From Amoebophrya sp. A120 (lineage: Eukaryota; Protista; Dinoflagellata), in NCBI GenBank assembly GCA_905178155.1, contig CAJINV010000002.1:3362515-3426514 (forward strand): a stretch of DNA of 64,000 bases, given 5' to 3'. The notes under the pieces are model-generated. The model searched no databases, had not been told where the DNA came from, and worked only from the letters and a program-made list of their open reading frames with translations. Positions 35,501-45,000 of this stretch are shown piece after piece. The number at the start of each line of letters is the position of its first letter. Position 1 is the stretch's first letter. A program made the translations under genes and the position numbers.

Positions 35501-37247
35501 TTGGACCTGCACGAATTTGACAAATATTTTTCCATCATGCCGGACAAGCACCATTACAAACTCACCGGGGGATCCTCTACCCTCCGAAGCGGTGTGTCCG
35601 CAACTTCTTCACGCCCGTCACAAGGCAGTGCCGATAAGCAGCAGAAAGAACCGCAGCAGCAGGCCGCGGGAAGTACTACCGCCCGGGGTGCGAGCTTTGT
35701 GGACCGCGTGAGTGCAGCGATTGACAACTCGCGCGACACTGGTGCTGCGGGACCGCTGCTTCCACCTCTGGCGACCGGGATGTACGAAGTGTCTGGGATT
35801 AGCAGTGCGATTACTGGTGGGTCTGGTAAATTCGCGCAGGCGAGCGCGACACGGCGTGATTCACAAGAAGGATTCAAGCCAAAAAGCTCCGCAAAAGTGG
35901 TTGAGTCCGCCCAGTTTGAGGCCGGGTCACGTACCGGTACGGAAGAAGAGGGAGCTAGCGGACATGAGGTATGCATTGCAAAAGCATCTGTATCGCACTC
36001 GCAGGTGGAAGTGAAGTCTCGCATGTTGGCAGATGCGCTTTTCTACCCGATAACTCCGCATAACAAGTTCCATTTTCCATCATACTAGTTAGACAAATTT
36101 ATCTATTGCCCTGCACTTACACTACAACGTAGATGCGCGATACTAGCATAGCTTTTGCAATGCATACATTGGTACTGCGCCGAAGAAGAAGAAAAAAGTT
36201 GCTGCGAAGAAGAAAAAGGCCGCGGCACCGCATGGGGCGGTGAAACCGGATGAAGATTCCGAATCGGCGGGAAGCGCGGAGAAGAAGGCGAAAGGAATGC
36301 GCTGGGTGAAAACCGGGAAGAAAAGGACCGTGAGAGTTACCAAATCTGGAGACGAGCATGGTAGCTATCAAAGAAAAAAGTTCGTCACGATCACTCATGC
36401 GCATTCTTGCAATACAAAATTGTTTGTCATGCGTAAAAATGCATCACAGCCAAACTTTATCAGGGATTTCCCTAGTGTTTCTGCAATACAAGGAAAGTTT
36501 GTGATGCTGAGAAAATTTGTAATGCAAAACCTGCAAGTTAGTGACTGTGACAAACTTTTTTCTCTCCATAGTAGCAGTAGCAACCCGAGTAGCAGAGCCA
36601 GCAGTCGGGCCAAAAGCCCGAAGTCGGCCGCCGCGATGAAAAAAAAAGTTGCCTCGCCAGCGTACACAACAAGTGACAGCGAGCCGCACGCAGACCTGCC
36701 GTCGGGGATTTTTCCCGCCCCCGATGGGATCGACAGCTTTGCCTCCCCAAAATCGCTGTTTGCCGAGCTTTCGCCCGCCGAAAAACTGCTTTTGGAAAGC
36801 GCGGAGCACGCCCTGGTCGCCACCGGATTCGTCAAAGCGCATGCGAAGCACCTGGCCAAGAAAATCGCCGCGGTACCGGTGGAAGCGCACAACCAGGAAA
36901 CCGTGGGTCTGACGAAGCCCGAGCAGGATGCGGTGGCGAAGGGGCTGAATGGGGCAAAGGCGACGAATTTGGAGGAGCTTACCGAGGTGTTGGTGGAACA
37001 GAAAAAAGATTTTTTCGCCTCACACCTCTCCGCCCGTGGAGCCGAGCTCCAGTCTCGCACCGCAGTGCAGCAGCAGCAAAAAGAACACCGGTCCTTCCTG
37101 TTTTCCAAAATCACTGGGGCCCCCGCCACCTCGAACGCCACCAAAATTTTAAGCGGAGCTGGTGCTGGACCGACGTCGACGTCGAGTGCTGGGGTCAAAG
37201 CAAAAAAGAAGGTTGCTGTGAAGAAAAAAGTAGCGGCACAGAAATGA
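17542..37247 (+). CDS. Gene G2 (spliced, 36 introner introns): Cys-rich type I membrane/adhesin-like protein
   Basis: Hydrophobic N-terminus and acidic pro-region (ORF 17542). Frame is continuous across the checked junctions (..NPTNGHGIGWHDQRSPNSAAGIRWVNEHW..). TM at ~33876-33950. Tail homologous to G1/G3/G4. TGA at 37247. Start codon uncertain. Confidence 0.8.
18819..19081. mobile_element. Introner, family C
   Basis: DR ACCAA/ATCAA; frame restored. Confidence 0.9.
19129..19461. mobile_element. Introner, family I
   Basis: DR AACAG/AACAC; frame restored. Confidence 0.9.
19802..20072. mobile_element. Introner, family A
   Basis: DR AGTAA/AGTAA. Confidence 0.93.
20377..21687. mobile_element. 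Degenerate family H introner containing a ~930-bp insertion
   Basis: Starts TATCCGAGTGCACAAGAACTCC; decayed right TIR; DR CCTGC/TCTGT; flanking exons join as ..RMSAC-CNGQYW, matching the paralogous ..RQSACCNGYW. Confidence 0.7.
20418..21346. mobile_element. Unclassified insertion flanked by ~60-bp direct repeats
   Basis: 20355-20417 is repeated at 21347-21403; internal 18-bp inverted repeat 20604-20621/21294-21311; G-rich tract ~20775-20818. Confidence 0.65.
21835..22003. mobile_element. Introner, family G (right end ATT)
   Basis: DR GTCGC/GTCGA. Confidence 0.87.
22063..22373. mobile_element. Introner, family D
   Basis: DR ATACA/ATACA. Confidence 0.93.
22417..22724. mobile_element. Introner, family I
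   Basis: DR ACGCC/ACGCC. Confidence 0.93.
22762..22993. mobile_element. Introner, family L (AAAAACTGTTTCTCTGT)
   Basis: DR GAGAC/GAGAC. Confidence 0.9.
23212..23490. mobile_element. Introner, family B
   Basis: DR GACGA/GACGA. Confidence 0.93.
23564..23828. mobile_element. Introner, family A
   Basis: DR GATAC/GCTCC. Confidence 0.87.
24387..24661. mobile_element. Introner, family C
   Basis: DR GCGAG/CCGAA. Confidence 0.85.
24694..24869. mobile_element. Introner, family K (TIR core AGAAAAAAGCTGGCAGG)
   Basis: DR ATGGC/ATGGC. Confidence 0.92.
24961..25190. mobile_element. Introner, family L
   Basis: DR GAAAA/GAAAA. Confidence 0.9.
25358..25599. mobile_element. Introner, family C
   Basis: DR TCAGA/CCAGA. 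Confidence 0.9.
25641..25789. mobile_element. Introner, family G
   Basis: DR ACGGG/ACGGG. Confidence 0.93.
25905..26067. mobile_element. Introner, family J (TATCCACAGTAAAT..GAAATTTGTATTGCATA, imperfect TIR)
   Basis: DR ATGCG/ATGCG. Confidence 0.9.
26470..26721. mobile_element. Introner, family A (right end ATG)
   Basis: DR CACGG/CACGG. Confidence 0.9.
26970..27282. mobile_element. Introner, family A
   Basis: DR GGCGT/GGCGT. Confidence 0.93.
27893..28042. mobile_element. Introner, family G
   Basis: DR CGGCA/CGGCA. Confidence 0.93.
28091..28390. mobile_element. Introner, family B
   Basis: DR AGTGA/AGTGA. Confidence 0.92.
28813..28968. mobile_element. Introner, family G
   Basis: DR GCTTC/GCTTC. 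Confidence 0.93.
29026..29247. mobile_element. Introner, family H
   Basis: DR ATGGC/GTGGC. Confidence 0.9.
29407..29574. mobile_element. Introner, family J
   Basis: DR CGCGG/CGCGG. Confidence 0.92.
29639..29906. mobile_element. Introner, family A
   Basis: DR GCAGC/GCAGC; near-perfect long TIR. Confidence 0.94.
29989..30250. mobile_element. Introner, family A
   Basis: DR GTGGG/GTGGG. Confidence 0.93.
30479..30713. mobile_element. Introner, family C
   Basis: DR GAAGA/GAAGA. Confidence 0.93.
30768..31150 (+). other. Two spondin-type thrombospondin-1-like modules in G2 (one also in G1 ~7066-7225)
   Basis: CVGxW..C..G..R.Y.V...A/S..GG..CP pattern. Confidence 0.65.
31639..31829. mobile_element. 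Introner, family G (ends TAC..ACA)
   Basis: DR GTGCA/GTGCA. Confidence 0.87.
31904..32207. mobile_element. Introner, additional family (TATTACAATGAGAAATGCCC..GGGCATTTTTCACTGTAATA)
   Basis: DR CTGTG/CTGTG. Confidence 0.92.
32866..33015. mobile_element. Introner, family G
   Basis: DR TAGTA/TAGTG. Confidence 0.9.
33080..33332. mobile_element. Introner, family A
   Basis: DR CCGGC/CCGGC. Confidence 0.93.
34254..34406. mobile_element. Introner, family G (DR decayed)
   Basis: GGAAG/ACCCG; removing the element plus 5 nt gives ILRKLGMDF, matching G4 IMRRLGLDF. Confidence 0.8.
34560..34821. mobile_element. Introner, family A
   Basis: DR CGCGG/CGCGG. Confidence 0.92.
35092..35244. mobile_element. 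Introner, family J
   Basis: DR GCGGC/ATGGC. Confidence 0.87.
35319..35470. mobile_element. Introner, family G
   Basis: DR CAGAC/CAGAC. Confidence 0.92.
35970..36166. mobile_element. Introner, family G (DR decayed)
   Basis: TATGCATTGCAAAAGC..GCTTTTGCAATGCATA; flanks TGAGG/CATTG. Confidence 0.8.
36366..36570. mobile_element. Introner, family M (in-frame, stop-free)
   Basis: DR GTAGC/GTAGC; reverse-complement copy at 47761-47966. Confidence 0.92.
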
Positions 37248-39041
37248 GCATGAAGTACAAGAGATGCAGCGGACGCGAGCTCCTGCGCGACCTGTCGAGG
37301 ATAACCATCCTGACAGGCAAGAAAAGGGTATTCAAAAGAACCAGAACGAATTGAATTTAACGCAATAGACTAAGATTTTTCTTCACCTCGTTTTGAACTT
37401 TTCTATTTCACAGAATCGGTTTTCCGCTTGTTGAGGTTCAGTTTTAATAATTGTTTCACTTTCAAAGATCGTTGCACAGTTCAGTAGACGAGTACGGTTG
37501 TCGACTTGAAAATTTTTTACGTTTCGTTCTTATCAGCTCTTCTAGCTTTCACTTTCTTTCTCTCGTTTTCTTTAAATTTCCAACACATCCAGACTTTACG
37601 TACGAGATAGCTATCCAGAGTTTCATCTATCTGAATACATTCGAGTGCTGCTTGACAGTGCTGCTTGAATTATTGCAATTTTAGGAACATTTTACAAATT
37701 TGAGTTTTGGTTTTCAGTTGGTTCATATTTCAATTTACATTTGCCGCCCTTGTTGATTTCCTTCGTTTATGTTTTATCAATCTCATCTGTCAATATTAGA
37801 ACCTGTAAGCCTTGTACGTTTTATTTTTGACTCAGAAGTTTCTGGACCACGACGACGTCCACCTGTAGTTTATTTTAGCACCGAAGTTGAAGTATAAAAA
37901 CCTGCATAATGATCTTCGTCTTCCACAACTGTATAATTTTATGCTCATCTAAAAATGTGAAATTAATTGCTACTGAAGACAAAAATGATACATAGCAGTT
38001 TGCTGAGTTTCGCTGAAAAATTTATTTTTGTGTACATTACGTTTTGAAAAAAGTTGTTTATTCATTGACGAAAATTACCTCCGAGAGAGTGCCCGACGCC
38101 GACCACTCATTGCACTAGCATGCCACCTGTGTAGTGTTTTGTGCAGAAGTTGAGGGCAGAGCTCCCTCGTCGGTCCTCGTACTTTGCCGTTTCGCGTTTG
38201 ATATTCTCCTGTATTCGTAAAAGATAAGGAGCAGCGTGGTCGTCCGATAGACATGGACAACTGTCGTATTACATGTTCTTGTTGACAATACTCATTCATC
38301 GGTGATCGTAGATGATATCGTCCTCGTTGTCGTCCTCCTCGTTGTCGTTCTTTGCTAGGTGCGCCATCAAAAATCGGTCGTGCTCGTTCATCTATGTGTC
38401 GTATTCGTAAGATGTATCTCTACAAAGATTTTTCTTCACTCTCACTTCGTGTTGTTACTACATCTTCGTTCCTAATCCGCGTCGGATGAAGGAGGTTCTT
38501 CAGACAACAACTTGCTCGCATCGAAGGAAAAATCAATCGTGCTCACAACAGAAGTTCCCTCATTTTCTTCATAGCCCCCGTCTTCTATCCACCCCACGAT
38601 ATTTTGTGTGTTTCGCTTATTTAGACAGATTACATGCGCTTGCGCAACCAATGCCAGCATTGTTACTCGATTTCAGTAGAGTATGCTTGTCCTCCTAGAA
38701 TGAGTTGTACCCCAACTCGTGCTGGTGACAGCTAATTTGTCACCAGTACGGCAATGCAAAATCAATAAACATGTAAAAGCTCCACATTGCATCAATAAAT
38801 GCGGTGGTGTCCTCGTCCGGGAGGAAAGCGTCTTCTACTTCTGTGCCGGGGTCTAGGATAGTTGTTTCTGTTTCTAGTTTTCTGCGGCTTGTGTCGTGGC
38901 TTGTGACAGAACAAGTTGTGCCTGATGATGAAAGTAACTTGTTGCAAACAAAACAAAATCCACGCGGTTGGTCGACGTCTTTTAGCTCCTGTTGAACATA
39001 TTCCGGCGACGGCGAGTTCTTCTTGTTACTGGTAGTGTATT

Positions 39042-42000
39042 TTGCTTGTTCTTCCGTGCAGAATCAACTTCTACTACCACGACCACCTCATGCTTCGCTG
39101 GTGCCGAAGAAAGAGAACAAGCGGACGACCTCTGCTGTCCCCAGTGCAGACGACTGCGACTGGGCGGTTCCTGTCCGTCTCGACGAGGACGAAGAAGACA
39201 ACGCGTATTGATCTTGCCAACATCTACTTGGAGAAGACCTTCCTACATGTAGTCCTCCTGGCGCTTGTTTTAGTCCTACTACTTGCAGGTGGGCCACGAC
39301 CGTCGGAGGTTAATAGAAATCTCGATCGCATACATGGTGTCGAAGAGCATGTTGAGCACAGCACAGCAAGTACATCATCACGAACAACCACGACCCCTGG
39401 AGCTACTAAAACGGCGACTGTACAACTGTTTGCCCGTGCCCTGTCCCTCACCGTAGTTGAAAAACACAAGCGGAGTAGAAAGAGTAGACTCATCCAAGAT
39501 GAACAGACAGCGATAAGCAGCACACCAGCGCAGCAGCAGCAGCAAGTAGAACAGCAGCACAGAATAAATAGTGGTAGAAAGAAGATAGCAATCGGAGGGC
39601 CTGTAAATAAGAATGGTCGACGTTCATCTCGTGTTCTTCCAGATCGGAGGACGCGGATGGTTGCATCTTCGGGGGCTTCATCCGAAAATAAAGTTTTTCT
39701 CCAACACAACCCGGATGACACCGCTATTGCTTTATCGAAGGCAAGAACTACCTCTGTGGTCGAACAACTTGAAGATGGACGAGATGAACATGGACGTGAG
39801 GATCAAGAGCACCTGGTGCACGACCCCCGTACTAGCAGGAGGAGAACGACAGCTTCTCAGGACGACGAAACGATCCCAGCAGCGGGAGTAGATGTAGAAC
39901 CTCCAGAACCTCCGGGTCCGGCGGAAATAGTTGTAGAAGAGCATCCCCCTCAACCTCAAGGTCGTGGACACGAACAGAACCTGAACTTTTTAGAACAGAA
40001 TCAGAAACAAAAGCAGGGCAAAGACGTAGTAGACCTGTCGCCCCCTTCTTGTTGCGGCGATCTATTAGGAACAGCTCCTGCACAGGATGATCATTCTTCG
40101 CACCAACTAATCGCGTTCCGGAACAAGAGCCATGTACCTCCCCCACCAGCTGCGAAGAAGTCTTCAAATGATGGTGATAATAAGTCAGTAGGTGGTCTCG
40201 GTCAGGGTCGTGACGTGTCGAAGAAGGAGTTCGAGGCGGTCCAGGACATCCAAGTATGCATTGCAATAAAAGCATCCTACTCCTGTGTACAAATTTTCGC
40301 ATATGTAACAAATTTTCTCATCTTCAAGAAAAGTGCTGCAATGTGCTATGCTAGATCAGGTAGAAGATGAACAAGTAGATGAGTACAACTTCTGCGATTT
40401 ATTTTGGTACGAGTGCGATGCTTTATGCTTTTGCAGTGGATACACGGCGCTCCTGCTGAACAATACTTGGGGCGCTCCATCGCAAGAAGGTTTGTCGCTC
40501 GGACCCCTGCATGATTTCGGCTACACCTGCGGGTGCGAGCATGGCTTTCCGGCGACCGGAGCCGCTTGCACGGAACCACACGGAAATATTTGTGCCTCTT
40601 GCCACGACGAAGGCACCGTCAACTACCTGGCCAACAAGATTTGCTACCCCATAAACCACCCGCGGCCGAAGGCCGGTCGCTGGCTACCGGACACGGATGA
40701 CCTGTTTCAGAACCAGAACATCCAACCTCTTCCAGCTCACATGGAAGACCCGTGCCGGTACGGAAAAGATCAATACGGAAAAACGGGCACCCGCGAACAC
40801 TGGCAGACCCTGGAGGCGGGCGTAAGAGTTCGTGGGACGAGCGTTCGCAAGAACAAATGGGCCTGGCCTGGTAATGATCATCTGAATCTGGAGGACTACC
40901 TCAACGATGTGTGGGAGGCGAATCAGGTGTGCTTTGGTGGTTACGGGGACGACGGAGCTAGCAAACGAAACGAGGATATTGTCGGGGAATTCGTGATATC
41001 CAAAGCAAAAGTTGTATAAGTGATTGATAGCAGCGCTAGCACACCACCGGTAGTGAAAAAGAATATACAAGAAAATCGTACAAAATTAATGATATGCATG
41101 ATCGTTCGTAGGACCGATAGTGCGTAGAAATAGTACGGAACATCAAAGCTTATCACCAACAGCCTAGATAGCAGAGTCACTACGCGTGCCATGATCACGA
41201 ATGCAACACTTTTGCAGTGGATACGAGATTCCAAGCGAAGTTGCGGATCGTGGAGCCGTTAGCCAGGTGACACTCGTCCACAAGAAGGGCAAGATCGCAT
41301 GCGCCGATTCAACCAATTTCGGCTCTTGCAAGCTGGACCAGTGGGCCAGCCTGAATGACGGGAAGGCTGGCGTATTTCTGTCGCGTGACGATCTAGCCGG
41401 AAACCCGGTACTCGTATCCTGAGCAAAAACGTCCCCACCTCCCCATGGTCAAGCTCATATTAAATCTGCAAGAAGAACTGCAACGCAAATCTCCAAGTCT
41501 TGGGAGTTGTGCATGACAAGTTTCCGCCTGCAGAAGTGTAGTGCTGGTTATTAGCAAGGGAAGCCGCATGAAAGAGCCATTTATAATTTCTCATCCTGTT
41601 CACAAAGAAATGCCAAAACACGATCGGAAATGCCTACCATGGAGATGCGCATCACAAGTGTTCCTGTCAACATTGCGCAGTTGCATGACAACTCTGGGGT
41701 GGATTGGACGTTTTTCCACCGGAGAAGTCGCACCCTTTCCCGATATGTACCGGTTCGTAGACCCGCAGACCGATTGGTTCCAGCCGGCGCAAAGTTTTCG
41801 GTTCGTTCCCCAAACGAACGAGAACGGTAGGCTGGCCTACGCCGTCCTCCGCGAAGGAGAGCCGAATGGAAACGGCCACTTTGCGGACGAGCTGCATTTC
41901 CGGGGAGAGACGGGCGTGGGAGCGAGTGTCTTCACATTTCCAACAGGCGTCAAATACCACCTGCAACAAGGCGAGAACTGGAGAGGCATGGTAGACCGAG

Positions 42001-45000
42001 CCGGTGACAACAAGGGTATTGTGTGCGTTGACGTCGTGGTCTGCATGGCGATTCCATTTTCCAACGGCTTCCCCGAGTGCCACGTAGGCTACCACTTTAA
42101 TAGTCTTCCCTCGCTGCAGAACACGTGCGAACCAAATGTCTGCCACTGCAACAACGGACAAGGAGCGGAAGGCACGGCCTGCGTGCCCCACGGGGCTCAC
42201 GTTTGCACAAGTTGCAAGAACGACAACTACGCACTGGACGATACGACCAAGAAGTGTGTGAAGCAATGTACCTGCGACAACGGAACCGTGGCGGGGGCAG
42301 ACGCTTGCGAAGCCGCAGGCGATAACACTTTCCAAGTCTGCTCTGCATGCAACGCGGGCTACCATTTAAACGTCATTACGAACCTGTGCGACGAGAACCA
42401 GTGTACGTGTCGCAACCCAAATTTCTCCGGGACAACCAACACCGCCTGCCCGGTACACGATACAGAGGTGTGCGAGAGCTGCTTGACTGAGTGTGGAGGT
42501 AATTATGGACAGTGTGACTTATGCAACGCTGCTCGGCCCCTGAACTCAAACTGGGACATGGCCTGTTGCGCGAATAGTGGATCTGGTGGAACCGCTACAG
42601 GAGACGACGATAACCACTGTGCCCGCGTTATCGAATTCCCAGTGGCGGATAATTATGACTTTCAAAACTCCGGCGGAGGTACAGATGATCTCCCGCCAGA
42701 GTGCGTGCCGACTTATTTCAAACTGACCGGGCAAACGATGTATCCTGTGCAAAAGTATCGTACTCGTACAAATGCAAGTCTTGCATTACAAATCTTGTTT
42801 CCAAGGCAAATCTGCATTACAAATTTCATTTCTCATGCTGAGAAAATTTGTAATGCATGAATACGAGTGCGATACTTTTGCACAGGATACGATGTCGCCG
42901 CCAGCCGGCAGTGCTCCAGTCCCGCTCACTTTGGAGCTTTCCCCCCTCCACAACGAACGCGCATGGGTTTCCGAGGGGCATCTTGGGTGTTGGCGCAGTT
43001 GTCGTGATCGGGCGGGGTATTGCGACTCTTGCCAGGTCACCGCGGGGCCGGACTTTTCCTCCTACGAAGGAGCCTGCTGTGAATACAGCCAAGACGAAAT
43101 AACCGGGCAGCTTCAACCCGCTGTACTAGATAGCGACAACCAAATTCGGCGGGAGTGCAACATTCTACCTGCGATCAACTGGTCCGAAGTCGGAAAGAAG
43201 TTCGTCGCCTTCTCCGGGTATCCGGCCTGTGTGGCGGTTCCAAACTGGGTACGGACCCCGTCTTGTCTAGCAGAGGAGCTCTGCGGTGCCGACGGGGAGG
43301 GGAAGTTGTGCAACAACTGTATGAGTTTTTTTATCGCTGAAGCAGGTGGAAACCAAAATGCTGTTTTTGGCAAGTCCGCCGCCTGTTGCTCGAGAGCAAA
43401 TACCGCTGCCTATAATAATGGCATAGAAGACCACAACGTCTGTGCCAATGCGGGTTCTTACCCGATTGCCGACAGGGTCGCGGACAGTTCCTTCTGGCAG
43501 CCGGAGTGTGTTCTCATGGATCTTGTGTGTGTAGACCCAGGAACACACCCGAGCGGCGGACAATGCGTCCCGAATGAATGCACCTGTCCCACTGGCGGAA
43601 AGGGCGCCACGGGCGCGGCCTGTCCTGTTCACGGACAGGAACTTTGTGACACGTGCAACGACGGGTACCATATGAAACCTGGTTCGACCTCCTGCGATGA
43701 GAATGTCTGCAGTTGCGACAACGGGATTGGGGCGACGGGAGTGGAGTGTGTAACCCCGGGGCCATTCTGCACGAGTTGTAATCCCGGGTATCACAAAAAT
43801 GTAAACAACTTCTGCGTGATCAACGTGTGTTATCCTGTGCAAAAATATCGTACTCGTATTGCAATCATGCATCACAAATATTTTTTTAAAAGTGAATCCG
43901 CATTGCAAATTTCCTTTCTCATCATGCTGGGGAACTACTTTGTAATGCATTTATACGAGTACGATACTTTTGCAGTTCATATGTGTACCTGCACCAACGG
44001 AAGCGGTGCGCACGGGCTGCCGGACTGCATTGCCCACGGGGCGGAGCAGTGCGCGGTATGTGAAAACGAGGGGTTTCACCTCCTGACTAGGGAAATGAGC
44101 AGAGAGGACTTTATCGCTGCCGCCGCAGGGCCGAACTCTGCTGACAGCGATAATTCTGCTTCGGATTTATTTTACCGGAGAACCTGCGAACAAAACCTCT
44201 GTTACTGCACTAACGGCACCGCAGCGGAAGGAGCTAACTGCACACAAAACAACACGGAAATCTGCACTGATTGCGACGACCCGGGATACTTTCTGAACAC
44301 CACGACAACCGCGAACGGAACGATAACTATGACCAGCTGTGATTTAAAAGAGTGCACCTGTGGAAATGGTGGTGTCGCGGCCAGTGGAATCTCCTGCCCG
44401 GTGAATGGTATGGACAAGTGTGAGTCTTGCACGGAGGCAGAGGGATACCACATGGAAAATGTTACGGTAATAGTTGCGGTTGGCGCTGCCAACGATACAG
44501 ATATTGAAAATAACGCGGAAGTAGACGTAGCGCAACCTGAAGACGGCAATCTTCACATCGATTTGGCCAGCAATTCGCTTGAAGCCGATGTAGCTGAACT
44601 TGAACAGCAAGAAGCCGGTTTATCGTCCAATGAAACGACGACCGAAAGCCTGCAAAACTCATCCTCAAACGCAGCTACAGAGAGGACCTTTGTAAGCCAA
44701 ATCTGTGTCCTCAACCAGTGTCTTTGCGCTGGGGGGACCGCCGCGACCGGTACGGATTGTGCCGAGAATGGGACGGAAGTTTGTGTTGCGTGTGACGAGG
44801 AGAAAGGATTTGGCTTCGATAAGGAGAACGACGTAAACAGTCCTCGCATATGCGTACTAACATCAACAACCTCAACCACATCCAGCACTTCTCAAAAAGA
44901 ACACATCATCGAGGACGAAACCACGACGACAACCCAGCCCCCAGCTACCACCGAAGAGCCCAAAAATAATGTGACCGTTGCCCCGGCGGAGACCGATGAA

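Noticed and set aside
147-37247. G1 and G2 as transposon-riddled pseudogenes
   Set aside because: The exons I joined stay open and keep Cys spacing and paralogue similarity after element removal, which argues for purifying selection.
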